Shown here: positions 20,618 through 29,377 of the stretch, piece after piece
How positions within the stretch are numbered: the first letter of the stretch is position 1
Layout of the letters: each line of letters opens with the position of its first letter
DNA from: Candidatus Heimdallarchaeota archaeon B3_Heim
GTDB lineage: Archaea > Asgardarchaeota > Heimdallarchaeia > Hodarchaeales > Hodarchaeaceae
Assembly: GCA_003144275.1 (NCBI GenBank)
Contig: NJBF01000005.1
Location: 1 to 32,000, forward strand
Direction of reading: 5' to 3'
Length of the DNA: 32,000 bases
Translations under genes and position numbers: made by a program
The notes under the pieces: generated by a model
Databases searched by the model: none
What the model was told of the DNA's origin: nothing
What the model saw: the letters and a program-made list of their open reading frames with translations, nothing else

Positions 20618-21214
20618 TTATTCGACTCCAAGATTGTATTCATGTTTAAAAAAGGCAATTCCTTCTTCTTTTGAGATTTTATGTCGCATAGGTACTTTAT
20701 GTGGGCGAATACGTCTTTTTTTAATTCGGAAGCCATTTCGTTCAAGAACAACCGTCGTATTGAATCCATGCACACCAATTTTTGGATCATATTTGATGTT
20801 GGGTAAATTTAAATGATCATCAATTCCGAATGACAGATTCCCATGCATATCAAACTTTTTTGAAGATACACGATCTTCAATTGCCCAAAGTGATTTTTTC
20901 AAAAATTCTTTTGCGAGTTCACCCCTTAATGTCGTAAAAACTGCAATGGGTTCATGTTTTCGTATGGCAAATCCTCTTACCGATTCTTTTGCTTTTCCTT
21001 CTGCGGGGACTTGTTTGGTTAAGGTTTCACACAGTTCTCGCGCCTTTTCCAGTTCGGGACCAGAGGCTCCAACGCTGAAATTGACGCTTACTTTCTTCAC
21101 TAGGGGTTTTCTCATTGGGTTGGCTTGCCAATCTTTAACATATTTTTTTTCTTCTTCCGTTAATGGAACGGGTTCTCGTTCTTCTTCAACGGATGGTTTT
21201 CCTCTACGACTCAT
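20618..21214 (-). CDS. rpl5: Ribosomal protein uL5
   Basis: [24 protein letters not shown] and YDPKIGVHG motifs. Confidence 0.97.
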   Translation of the reverse strand: MSRRGKPSVEEEREPVPLTEEEKKYVKDWQANPMRKPLVKKVSVNFSVGASGPELEKARELCETLTKQVPAEGKAKESVRGFAIRKHEPIAVFTTLRGELAKEFLKKSLWAIEDRVSSKKFDMHGNLSFGIDDHLNLPNIKYDPKIGVHGFNTTVVLERNGFRIKKRRIRPHKVPMRHKISKEEGIAFFKHEYNLGVE

Positions 21215-21980
21215 CTTTCGTCTCTCCGGTTGGCTCTGGTAATGCTACCATTGCTTTATCTATACCCACAATGAAGATATGTGTGTCAGATGTCTTTATT
21301 TCTCCTTCTTCTGTTTGGATAGTAATTGTGCGCATTTTTCTTCCGAGTTGGGATTCAATTTCGGTAATTTTTCCCTTCAGACCGACATGTCTGCCACCTG
21401 CGATTAATCCAATATTCCCTTCCGCGAACGGATAATGTTCGACGACTTCATTTGTTTCTAAATTGTATAAAATGGAATCTTTGGGTGAAATTTCCTGGAC
21501 TGGTATGGTTGGTTCTTCTGTTGGATTTACTGCAAGAGTTCTTCCATCATGAAAAGTAAATTGGGTTAATCCTCCGCGTAATGAATTTTTCTTTTTTACC
21601 TGGAGGATTTTCAGTTTTGCTTTTTCCTCAGTTATTGGATGTAATGTAAATAATCTCTTTCCTTGATACGGAACTAGGCGGAAGAATTCTTGTGTTTTGG
21701 TGATTTCCAAGACGTCCATTGGTCCGATGGCGAATTTATAGTCGGTTCTTACTTTTCCGTCTACTTTTACCACTTTCTTCACGAGAATTTTTTTGACTTC
21801 ATTCAGTGTTTTTGCATACCCTAAAATCTCTCGTAATACAATACCTAATGGAATCGCGGTTTCATATGCTCCTCGGGTGGGGTGGGGTCTTATCGTAAAT
21901 TTACCATGTTTTCGTTTGATAGCGTATGTAATAGGGGCACTTAATCGTTTGCTATGCCTTGTACTTCCTTTACTTCCCAT
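21204..21980 (-). CDS. rps4e: Ribosomal protein eS4
   Basis: HSKRLSAP, VKVDGKVRTDYKFAIGPMDV and GGRHVG motifs. Confidence 0.97.
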   Translation of the reverse strand: MGSKGSTRHSKRLSAPITYAIKRKHGKFTIRPHPTRGAYETAIPLGIVLREILGYAKTLNEVKKILVKKVVKVDGKVRTDYKFAIGPMDVLEITKTQEFFRLVPYQGKRLFTLHPITEEKAKLKILQVKKKNSLRGGLTQFTFHDGRTLAVNPTEEPTIPVQEISPKDSILYNLETNEVVEHYPFAEGNIGLIAGGRHVGLKGKITEIESQLGRKMRTITIQTEEGEIKTSDTHIFIVGIDKAMVALPEPTGETKDES

Positions 21981-21994
21981 AATATTTCTATCCT

Positions 21995-22429
21995 TTATTC
22001 TTCCTCTTCTATCTCACTGATTACTTCACTTATATCCTCATCATCGATTTCTAGGACTTGTTTGGCTTTTCTTTCTAAACTGGCTTTTCGCTTAGTTCCC
22101 ACCTTCCCAAACCTACGAATAACGACTTTGGATGTATGAATTGGATACATAATTTTTGATTTATCCGCTTTCTCACGTGCGATACCTTCAATATAGAGTT
22201 TTTGATTTCTGTAATCAGCGGACTGTACTTTTCCCTCTGTTCCTACAAAGTCTCCAGCTGTCACGTACACCGTATCCCCCTTCCGAACTGATATTTTTTT
22301 GACTTTGTATTTTTTTCTTAATTCTTTGGAGACACGGACTGACATGAGTTTGTGTCTATGAAATGAACTTGCCTTGTTAATTCGATTCCGTTGTTTGGAC
22401 GGATTCTTGGTTTTTAGATGAGAGCCCAT
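21995..22429 (-). CDS. rpl24: Ribosomal protein uL24
   Basis: SKELRKKY, VRKGDTV and PIHTSKVVI motifs. Confidence 0.96.
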   Translation of the reverse strand: MGSHLKTKNPSKQRNRINKASSFHRHKLMSVRVSKELRKKYKVKKISVRKGDTVYVTAGDFVGTEGKVQSADYRNQKLYIEGIAREKADKSKIMYPIHTSKVVIRRFGKVGTKRKASLERKAKQVLEIDDEDISEVISEIEEEE

Positions 22430-22444
22430 GATTATTCACTTATC

Positions 22445-22861
22445 TTATGAAATGATTCGTGCTGCGCTTGCAATTCGTGGCCAAGCATCAGCTGCTTCCT
22501 TTGATACGGTACCTCGTATCTCACTCCCACGCGGTTCCCCAGTTTCATTTGTGACTACAACGGCATTATCTTCAAACGATATCCAGCTTCCATCTGCGCG
22601 TTTGTATGGTTTTTTCTGACGGATGACAACCGCATGAACAATTTGCCGCCGTAACTTTGGTGATCCTTTTTTGACTGAACATACAATCAAATCACCCACT
22701 TTAGCTGCCGGTTGTCTTCTTAATCGTGTTTTATGTCCTTTAACACTGATAATCATGACCATTCTGGCACCTGAATTATCAGCTACAGGGATAATGGCCC
22801 CAGTAGGTAAGGCACGCGTTATTCTGCGTGTAATCAACCGCATTGCTCTTCGTTTTTTCAT
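22445..22861 (-). CDS. rpl14: Ribosomal protein uL14
   Basis: VADNSGAR, VGDLIVCSVKKG and FEDNAVV motifs. Confidence 0.98.
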   Translation of the reverse strand: MKKRRAMRLITRRITRALPTGAIIPVADNSGARMVMIISVKGHKTRLRRQPAAKVGDLIVCSVKKGSPKLRRQIVHAVVIRQKKPYKRADGSWISFEDNAVVVTNETGEPRGSEIRGTVSKEAADAWPRIASAARIIS

Positions 22862-22865
22862 GAGC

Positions 22866-23210
22866 TTATTCTCCTAACTCAATCTTTTCTATTACAACAA
22901 ATGATACTGTTTTGGATATGGGGCGGCATTCACCAATTTTTACACGATCTCCAGTTTTCACATCTATACAGGGGGGATTATGTGCGTGCATTCGTGAGCT
23001 CGACCGACCGTATCGTTTATATTTCCTATTTAATTCCAACTGTGATCGTTCAACAGTTACCGTTTTGTCCATCCTGTCTGCAATCACATCGGTTTCAATA
23101 ACTCTTCCACGAACGGACAATGTGCCATGGAACGGACAATTATTATCATCACATGTCCTTTTTGGCAGAGGGGCTATCCCTATTTGCCTTGAGTATTTTC
23201 GTTTCACCAT
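22866..23210 (-). CDS. rps17: Ribosomal protein uS17
   Basis: CDDNNCPFHGTLSVRG, HAHNPPC and ECRPISKT motifs. Confidence 0.98.
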   Translation of the reverse strand: MVKRKYSRQIGIAPLPKRTCDDNNCPFHGTLSVRGRVIETDVIADRMDKTVTVERSQLELNRKYKRYGRSSSRMHAHNPPCIDVKTGDRVKIGECRPISKTVSFVVIEKIELGE

Positions 23211-23566
23211 TTACGTTTCATCCTATGTTTTATACGGTCTTCGTGTCTGCCTTTCAGTTGATTCCCGTGAATATTGATTTTTTGATCATTAATTTGAATT
23301 TGTATTATTGCTTGATCCTTGGGGATTATTTTAACCCCTTTCTTGGTCCTTATTCGTATTGTATTTTTTGACTCGTTCAGTATCTCACCCGTATAGGTAT
23401 TACCATAACAGGTAATCTGAGATTGGATTCCGATCAAGCGTAATTTTGCTATATTCTTCTGTATTACCTCTTTATGATTATTAAAGGGGCTGACCTTCTT
23501 CTTTACTAATGGTATAAATTCGGGCGATGGTTCGACGCAGCTCGCGAACTCGTCCTGCCGACTCAA
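23204..23566 (-). CDS. rnp1: RNase P protein subunit Rpp29 (start uncertain)
   Basis: LIG...GEILNESKNTIRI...IPKDQA...HGNQLKGRHEDRIK, in the usual position between uL29 and uS17. Confidence 0.88.
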   Translation of the reverse strand: MSRQDEFASCVEPSPEFIPLVKKKVSPFNNHKEVIQKNIAKLRLIGIQSQITCYGNTYTGEILNESKNTIRIRTKKGVKIIPKDQAIIQIQINDQKINIHGNQLKGRHEDRIKHRMKRKW

Positions 23567-23684
23567 TTGCTCCAGTTTGAGCTTTTGATCGTAAAGTGAG
23601 TAGCTCAGTTTTTAGTTCCTGTAACTTTTTTTCCCTTTCTTTGGCGTTCATTTCCCTGATTTTTGCTTTTCTCAGAATTGCCAT
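23481..23684 (-). CDS. rpl29: Ribosomal protein uL29
   Basis: EIREM...L.ELKTEL...RVRELRRTIARIYT. Confidence 0.96.
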   Translation of the reverse strand: MAILRKAKIREMNAKEREKKLQELKTELLTLRSKAQTGAIESAGRVRELRRTIARIYTISKEEGQPL

Positions 23685-23688
23685 GTCT

Positions 23689-24492
23689 TTATTCTTCCTC
23701 TTCTAAATCTTCTTTTTTTAGCAAACTTTCGTCTGCAATGTTTTCTTCAGCTACTGTTTCGGGGACAGCTACGGCGTCTTTTTCTTCGGTTGGTTCAACA
23801 TCATCTACTTCGCCTTTTGTTTCGTCAACTTTAACTTCATCAACTGGCTCAAGAGCGTCTTCACTTTCTTCTTCAGGAGAGCCAAATACATCTGGAATCA
23901 GTTCTGCATAATCTGGTAACACTGCATCTGGTTGCATAATCTTAACATGTACTCCGATCACCCCTTGTTTGAGTGTTACTTCTAATACTGCTTCGTCAAC
24001 GTAAACTTCAGCAGGTTCTCCACATTTTGCTACAAATCCCTCTCTGAAGACTTCTGTTCGTGCTCGCTGAGATGTTAACTTACCTTTAATTTGGATTTCA
24101 CATCCCCGTGCATTGGCAGACATTATTCTGCGCACTAATGCATATCCTGCTCTACGGAAGTGAAAACCTTTCTGAATCTGAGAGATCAATCGTCCTGCCA
24201 TTACTCGTGCATTCAAACGAGGTTCATCCAAATCTCGAACTTCGAGTTGTGGGGTTTCCAAACCATATTTATGCTCTAAAGTTTCTGTTATTTTTCGGAT
24301 ATTTCTTCCTCGTCTTCCTATAACCATACCTAATCTTACCGCATGGATTATAACTCGATGGCCCATTGGAGTTTTATGTATTTCAATTGCTCCCTGACCT
24401 GCGAGTGTTAATTCACGGTTGAGGTATTCATTGACTTGAACATATTTCAAGTTCCTTGTTATAAACGCTTTCTGTGCAGCTATGATTATCAC
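23689..24492 (-). CDS. rps3: Ribosomal protein uS3 with a long acidic tail
   Basis: KTPMGHRVII, GMVIGRRG and GCEIQIKGKL motifs. The GTG start overlaps the uL22 stop. Confidence 0.97.
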   Translation of the reverse strand: MIIIAAQKAFITRNLKYVQVNEYLNRELTLAGQGAIEIHKTPMGHRVIIHAVRLGMVIGRRGRNIRKITETLEHKYGLETPQLEVRDLDEPRLNARVMAGRLISQIQKGFHFRRAGYALVRRIMSANARGCEIQIKGKLTSQRARTEVFREGFVAKCGEPAEVYVDEAVLEVTLKQGVIGVHVKIMQPDAVLPDYAELIPDVFGSPEEESEDALEPVDEVKVDETKGEVDDVEPTEEKDAVAVPETVAEENIADESLLKKEDLEEEE

Positions 24493-24965
24493 TCTTCTGT
24501 TACTACAACTTCAATATGTGTTAATGTATTATGACTTGGTGAGGAACGGCCATGCGCCCTAGGGGTGAATCCTCTTATTTTTTTGCCACGCTGGGCAGCC
24601 ATATGGGTAATACGTAATCGACTGACTTCTAACCCTTTAAATGACGAATTCTGTTCTGCATTTTCCAGAACACGTAGGATTTCTTTTGCCGCTTTCTGAG
24701 GATAACGCCCTATAGGCCATTTGATTAGATCGCTTCTATGGGGTACTTTTTTCCGATAGCGTCTGAATGGCACACTTCTTTCCAGATTTATTACTTGCCC
24801 AAGATATTCTTGAGCTGTTTCTAGATATTTTCCCTTGCATTCGCGACAAATCTCGCGCGCATGTTTAGGAGAAATGCGTAGATTTCGGCCTGTAGCGACG
24901 GCAGTTCGATCTGCGTCCAGTCCAAAGACTGAGATCTTGTACTCTGGCAATTTATATTCAACCAT
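24489..24965 (-). CDS. rpl22: Ribosomal protein uL22
   Basis: RISPKHAREIC, VPFRRY, GRYPQKAA and PRAHGRS motifs. Confidence 0.98.
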   Translation of the reverse strand: MVEYKLPEYKISVFGLDADRTAVATGRNLRISPKHAREICRECKGKYLETAQEYLGQVINLERSVPFRRYRKKVPHRSDLIKWPIGRYPQKAAKEILRVLENAEQNSSFKGLEVSRLRITHMAAQRGKKIRGFTPRAHGRSSPSHNTLTHIEVVVTEE

Positions 24966-25353
24966 TATTATTATTTGAGAGTGGAGATGTTTTTCCTGTT
25001 ATTTTCTCCTCTCTAGCCATTTCCTTAAGGTTCTGGCGTATTTTTGACATTTAAGGTTACATTTAGAGGATTATAAAAAGTATCTCCTTCCTCTGTATGT
25101 ATTATTCATTGATTCTTGGTATTTTTTTGGGATGTACGTGCTTTTTACTTTACCAATGAATAAATCGTCAATTTTTTCGTTATGAAATTTCTCCATTTTG
25201 ACCTTTAGGCTTACACAAAAAGAAATATTTTCCTATTATCTTACTTATGCTAAGATTTATTTATTCCTGTTATAATATTGTATTTTACGGTATAGCCTCA
25301 TTTTTTTAACCCCATCTTGCTCTCCCCTTAAACAAGTATACTTGTGATGTATC
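24966..25353. promoter_or_regulatory. AT-rich divergent promoter region between rpl22 and rps19
   Basis: 388-bp non-coding gap between head-to-head genes with TATA-like TTATAA elements (about 25071 and 25270). The exact promoters are not assignable. Confidence 0.5.
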
Positions 25354-25749
25354 ATGTCCTCCCGTCGTGTTTTTCAATATCGTGGATTTACGTTAGACGA
25401 ACTCAAACAAAAATCTATGGATGAATTCATTTCATTACTTCCTTCAAGACAACGTCGTTCTTTAACTCGTGGAATGAGTACTCAACATATTAAACTTATG
25501 GAGAGGATCAGTGCTTCTAAAGATTCAAAGCGTCCTGTAAGAACCCATTGCAGGGATTTCATCATTCTACCCGAATTGATTGGTGCCATTGTACATGTTC
25601 ATAATGGCAGAGAATTCCTTAGAGTTTCCCTTATTCCTGAAACACTGGGACATTTCTTGGGTGAATATGCTCCGACATGTAAGCAAGTGAAACACTCCGC
25701 GCCTGGAATTGGAGCAACCCGTGGTTCGCAATTCGTTCCTTTAAAGTAA
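25354..25749 (+). CDS. rps19: Ribosomal protein uS19
   Basis: YRGFTLDEL, RTHCRDFIILPE, HNGREF and GIGATRGSQFVPLK motifs. Confidence 0.98.
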   Translation: MSSRRVFQYRGFTLDELKQKSMDEFISLLPSRQRRSLTRGMSTQHIKLMERISASKDSKRPVRTHCRDFIILPELIGAIVHVHNGREFLRVSLIPETLGHFLGEYAPTCKQVKHSAPGIGATRGSQFVPLK

Positions 25750-25955
25750 GGCATTTTTCTTTCTATCTATTAACACTAGTCCAGTCTTTTCCTGGTGTTA
25801 AAAACTTTTTATATTATTTGATTTTTATCACAATTTTTCTAGTAACTTTGGGAAATTTGTCTTTGTAAACGCGCCAATTAAGAATTTGGAAAAGAAGGGG
25901 GCTTTGCACTACTTTCTGTATTAGTATATTTATTTGATTAGTAGTTCAGAAAAGA

Positions 25956-26061
25956 TGGTGGGCCGGAGCAGACTTGAACTGCCGACCTCCTCCGTGTCAG
26001 GGAGGCGTCATTGGCAGACTGAGCGAACACCGATCAGTTTACCGGACTAGACCACCGGCCC
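25956..26061 (-). tRNA. tRNA-Val(GAC) with a ~27-nt intron in the D-loop; CCA encoded
   Basis: Acceptor stem GGGCCGG/CCGGCCC, anticodon arm CCTCC-CTGACAC-GGAGG, T arm GGCAG-TTCAAGT-CTGCT, and ACCA. The gene is 106 nt, with the excess located between GG(18,19) and the TGAC of the D stem. Confidence 0.93.
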
Positions 26062-26128
26062 TTTGATATTTTTTTGAGTATTGAACAATTATTTTCTGTT
26101 ATTTCACAGATTAAATATGTTATCTTGT

Positions 26129-26572
26129 TTATTCTTCTGCTGTTCCAGTAATGACTTTTCCACCTGCAGATTCAATTTTTTCTTGTGCTGTTAGAGTAAT
26201 TGAATTAGTATGCAAATGGATCGGATGAGTCACTAGCCCTTTTCCTAAAACCTTAATTGGCCCCAATTTATTCATATCTACTGTGATTGTCTTTCCATCC
26301 TTTTTAGCAATTTCTACAGCCAGGAGGAAATCAAGTTGTTCATTTATTTCTCCAACATTAATAAACATAGACGCAGTTGGATTGGGAGCGGTAAATCCTT
26401 TCTGATCCAGGATCATCTGGCTAATTTTACCAATTCTATGATGTCCTTTACTTCCTGCATTGCCTACTCCTCCTCTGGAACCACCTTTTCTGTGACCTCC
26501 TGAAATTCTTCCATAACCATAAACTCGGCTCCCTCGTTGTTTACGTGTTTTTTTTTGTCTTCTTACGGTCAT
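26129..26572 (-). CDS. rpl15: Ribosomal protein uL15
   Basis: RGSRVYGYG, GSRGGVGNAG, KVLGKG and EKIESAGG motifs. Confidence 0.97.
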   Translation of the reverse strand: MTVRRQKKTRKQRGSRVYGYGRISGGHRKGGSRGGVGNAGSKGHHRIGKISQMILDQKGFTAPNPTASMFINVGEINEQLDFLLAVEIAKKDGKTITVDMNKLGPIKVLGKGLVTHPIHLHTNSITLTAQEKIESAGGKVITGTAEE

Positions 26573-26583
26573 TGCTAGTCACT

Positions 26584-27081
26584 TCACGCCATTTTTGTGA
26601 TTAACTTATCTATTTCAGAACCTCGATATCCTAATGCTCCCCCAAGCGTAAATGCATATTTTACTCCCTTGCGGTGGTGTCCTTTAAGAGGGGGGTGCAG
26701 ACGGAAGACTGGTTTCAGCCCCTGGATATCAGAGAGGTTCGCTTCAAAGTTCAAGAATTTTGTTACAAAATTATCCAGACTAGAAAATTCTGTGTTTTCC
26801 TTGATGTATTCCTCAGTAATTCTCTTATTACCTTCTATTCGTCCACGTTTTAATAACAATTCACGTACACTATCGTGAGAAAGCTCTCCCCATGCGATAG
26901 TATCTTTCGCCTTTTGTAACATTCCTTTATATGTGGGACGATCGTCAAGAATCACACAATGATTTGTTCGATTAAGACGTAATAAGTGGAGTGTTTTTTT
27001 CAAAGAAGAACTTCTGCTTACTGTTCCTCGTACTCTTATTACTGCAATTCGTTTATTAGCTTCAGGAGTATTCATAGACAC
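26584..27081 (-). CDS. rpl30: Ribosomal protein uL30 (archaeal long form)
   Basis: AVIRVRG, LRLNRTNHCV, GMLQKAKD and FRLHPP motifs. Confidence 0.97.
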   Translation of the reverse strand: MSMNTPEANKRIAVIRVRGTVSRSSSLKKTLHLLRLNRTNHCVILDDRPTYKGMLQKAKDTIAWGELSHDSVRELLLKRGRIEGNKRITEEYIKENTEFSSLDNFVTKFLNFEANLSDIQGLKPVFRLHPPLKGHHRKGVKYAFTLGGALGYRGSEIDKLITKMA

Positions 27082-27083
27082 TA

Positions 27084-27758
27084 TTATTCACCCCAATCTG
27101 AGATATGAGAAATTTCGTAAGTGGATCGTAATGCTTCAAAAATGGCTTTACAGAAGTTTTGAGTTGTTCTTGTATCTCCAAAAGTCTTACTCCAGATATC
27201 TGAAACTCCAGCCAACTCTAAGACACTTTTGGCAACATCGCCAATAACTAAACCTAGACCTTTTGGTGCAGGTTTAAGTATGACTCTCACACTTCCTACT
27301 TTTCCTTCAACTTGAAAAGGTATCGAATGTGGATTTCTACATGTACATTCCCAGCTCCCACATCCTCTTTTCACTGGAACGATATTTAATTTTGCAAGAA
27401 TAATTGCGTTTCTAATTGCTGTTCCGACCCCAGCTGCTTTTGCTTGAGCAACACCGACTATACCATTTTTATTCCCAACTCCAGCTGTAGCAATAAATAA
27501 TGTTTTCCGACCTGCATCTGTTTGACGTTGTACTCTCCCAACATCAAGAACTGTTTCGGTCAGATTAGGGACAAGATAATCAACGATTTTTACATCTTCA
27601 ATTTTCAATGAATCACGAAAAATGTCATAAATCGAGGTAATTGTCCCATCTTTTACCAACCGTCCAACTTGTGTTCTGGGCACCCATGCCTCCAGATCGG
27701 GAGCGGATTGTTCACGGTCACGACCTCTTCTTCGACCTCGTCTTTGACTTCTACTCAC
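27084..27758 (-). CDS. rps5: Ribosomal protein uS5
   Basis: WVPRTQVGRLVK, QRQTDAGRK, RGCGSWEC and PAPKGLGLV motifs. Confidence 0.98.
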   Translation of the reverse strand: MSRSQRRGRRRGRDREQSAPDLEAWVPRTQVGRLVKDGTITSIYDIFRDSLKIEDVKIVDYLVPNLTETVLDVGRVQRQTDAGRKTLFIATAGVGNKNGIVGVAQAKAAGVGTAIRNAIILAKLNIVPVKRGCGSWECTCRNPHSIPFQVEGKVGSVRVILKPAPKGLGLVIGDVAKSVLELAGVSDIWSKTFGDTRTTQNFCKAIFEALRSTYEISHISDWGE

Positions 27759-27790
27759 TTTTCCACACTTCTTTAATCATTTGTGATAAT

Positions 27791-28378
27791 TTAAACTTTG
27801 CTTTGAATTTCTTCTTTTGATTGAGTAAATAGTTTAGTCATATTTACTGGATTAACCTTATTCTTTTTATATTGCGAAAACTGCCGATCGAATTTGTCTT
27901 TATCATCGTCTTTGAGCATTTTTGCATAATTAACGATATGTTCACCATTGATTCTTTCTTCTGTTGGAAAAACCTTATCAGAATGGGGGATTTCGAGCCC
28001 TGAATCAACTAGTCCTTTTAAGACTGCAAATACTCGTGATCCATACACAGGTGGATTTAAGCCAATGTCAAAAATAACATTTGAAATTTTTACTTTTTGG
28101 GCTTTCTTCCCTGCTAATAACCCTGTTAGATAGGCGCTTGGTAGATTTGAAGTACCTGCTGACCATTGGTAATTTTTTAACTCCCTAGAATGTGCCGAGG
28201 AAAGAGTGATGTCTCCTTCAATCTTGGGTTCTACAAATTGTACTATGCAGTGATTATTAGATAACCGTACGGCTGCACGAACCTTTTTCCCCGAAACTAA
28301 TCGTCGACGGAGATGATAATTTGTTTTTCCTTCCCTTCTACGTCTGAATGGTACGCGATAACGAGCATTTCTTGCCAT
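27791..28378 (-). CDS. rpl18: Ribosomal protein uL18 (start at MARNARY, 28378)
   Basis: RVPFRRRREGKTNYHLR, NLPSAYLTGLLAG and GLEIPH motifs. The longer ORF-track start overlaps eL19. Confidence 0.96.
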   Translation of the reverse strand: MARNARYRVPFRRRREGKTNYHLRRRLVSGKKVRAAVRLSNNHCIVQFVEPKIEGDITLSSAHSRELKNYQWSAGTSNLPSAYLTGLLAGKKAQKVKISNVIFDIGLNPPVYGSRVFAVLKGLVDSGLEIPHSDKVFPTEERINGEHIVNYAKMLKDDDKDKFDRQFSQYKKNKVNPVNMTKLFTQSKEEIQSKV

Positions 28379-28382
28379 TGGT

Positions 28383-28850
28383 TTATCTCCTTTTACCTTT
28401 GGATTTTTTAACAAAACCAGATTCATGAATTGTGTTTCGAAGATGTGCTACGCTTCGATACGAATTTCCTTTAGCTTTTGCATATAATTGTCGATAATTT
28501 GTAGGTGAGATCAAGTTATTATCTCGTAAACCTCGTAAATATCTTCTTTGACTTCGAATTTTAGCAATCCAAAGCTCTTTTCCCGGTTGACGAGCTCCCT
28601 TTCTTCCTTTTCGACTTCCATGCCCTCTTCGCTGACCTCTTTTCTTCTGGATTGTAATTAATCGTGCACGACCACGAGAAATCCCAACTATTGGTTTTTT
28701 ACGGATTATGTGATCATCGATTAATTTTCGGACGTCTTCGCGAGTTAAAGCAAGAGAAAGATCTTCTTCAACATCAGGATCAATCCATACGCGATTAACG
28801 CCAATACCCAATATTCTTGCAGCAATTTTCTTTTGGGGAGTATAATTCAT
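28383..28850 (-). CDS. rpl19e: Ribosomal protein eL19
   Basis: QKKIAARIL, TREDVRKLI, GISRGR and RRGHGSRKG motifs. Confidence 0.98.
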   Translation of the reverse strand: MNYTPQKKIAARILGIGVNRVWIDPDVEEDLSLALTREDVRKLIDDHIIRKKPIVGISRGRARLITIQKKRGQRRGHGSRKGRKGARQPGKELWIAKIRSQRRYLRGLRDNNLISPTNYRQLYAKAKGNSYRSVAHLRNTIHESGFVKKSKGKRR

Positions 28851-29377
28851 TATTCTTCACCTTGGTCTTCATCGGAAGAAATATCAAGATCATCTATAGC
28901 AATATCATCTAAAAGATCTTCATCGAGTTCTAATTCAGCATCAAGATCTCCTAGGTCAATTTTTACTGAAATTGGATTTAATATGTGAATGTTTAGTAAT
29001 TCTGCTTCCATCAGTATCTTTTCTTTCTTTTTACGTCCGATTGTTGCTGAAATTCGTCCGACCTGTTGTTCAGGGTCGATCAAGGACAGGTCTACTGAAG
29101 AAGTAATGAGGACCTCTTCTTTTCCCGAGGCTAACGTATAACGAACCTCTTTAGGGCTACGAAAACCGATTTGGGGTGATATTGGCCACCCACCTACTTT
29201 TTCTCGAACATGTGAGTCAATCCCACGCGCTCGTCTCCATCGTTCTGGGACTCGGTTGTACCGCCAAGATTCATATCGACGGAAATTTGGCCTTTTACGT
29301 TTTAGATTTTTTCGGATTCTTTGGAGACGAAGTATCCGTGAATCGGTTTTTTCTTTTGTAATACTAGTCATTGTCAT
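28850..29377 (-). CDS. rpl32e: Ribosomal protein eL32 with an acidic C-terminal tail
   Basis: KRPNFRRYESWRY, WRRARGIDS and IGFRSPKEVR motifs. Confidence 0.97.
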   Translation of the reverse strand: MTMTSITKEKTDSRILRLQRIRKNLKRKRPNFRRYESWRYNRVPERWRRARGIDSHVREKVGGWPISPQIGFRSPKEVRYTLASGKEEVLITSSVDLSLIDPEQQVGRISATIGRKKKEKILMEAELLNIHILNPISVKIDLGDLDAELELDEDLLDDIAIDDLDISSDEDQGEE

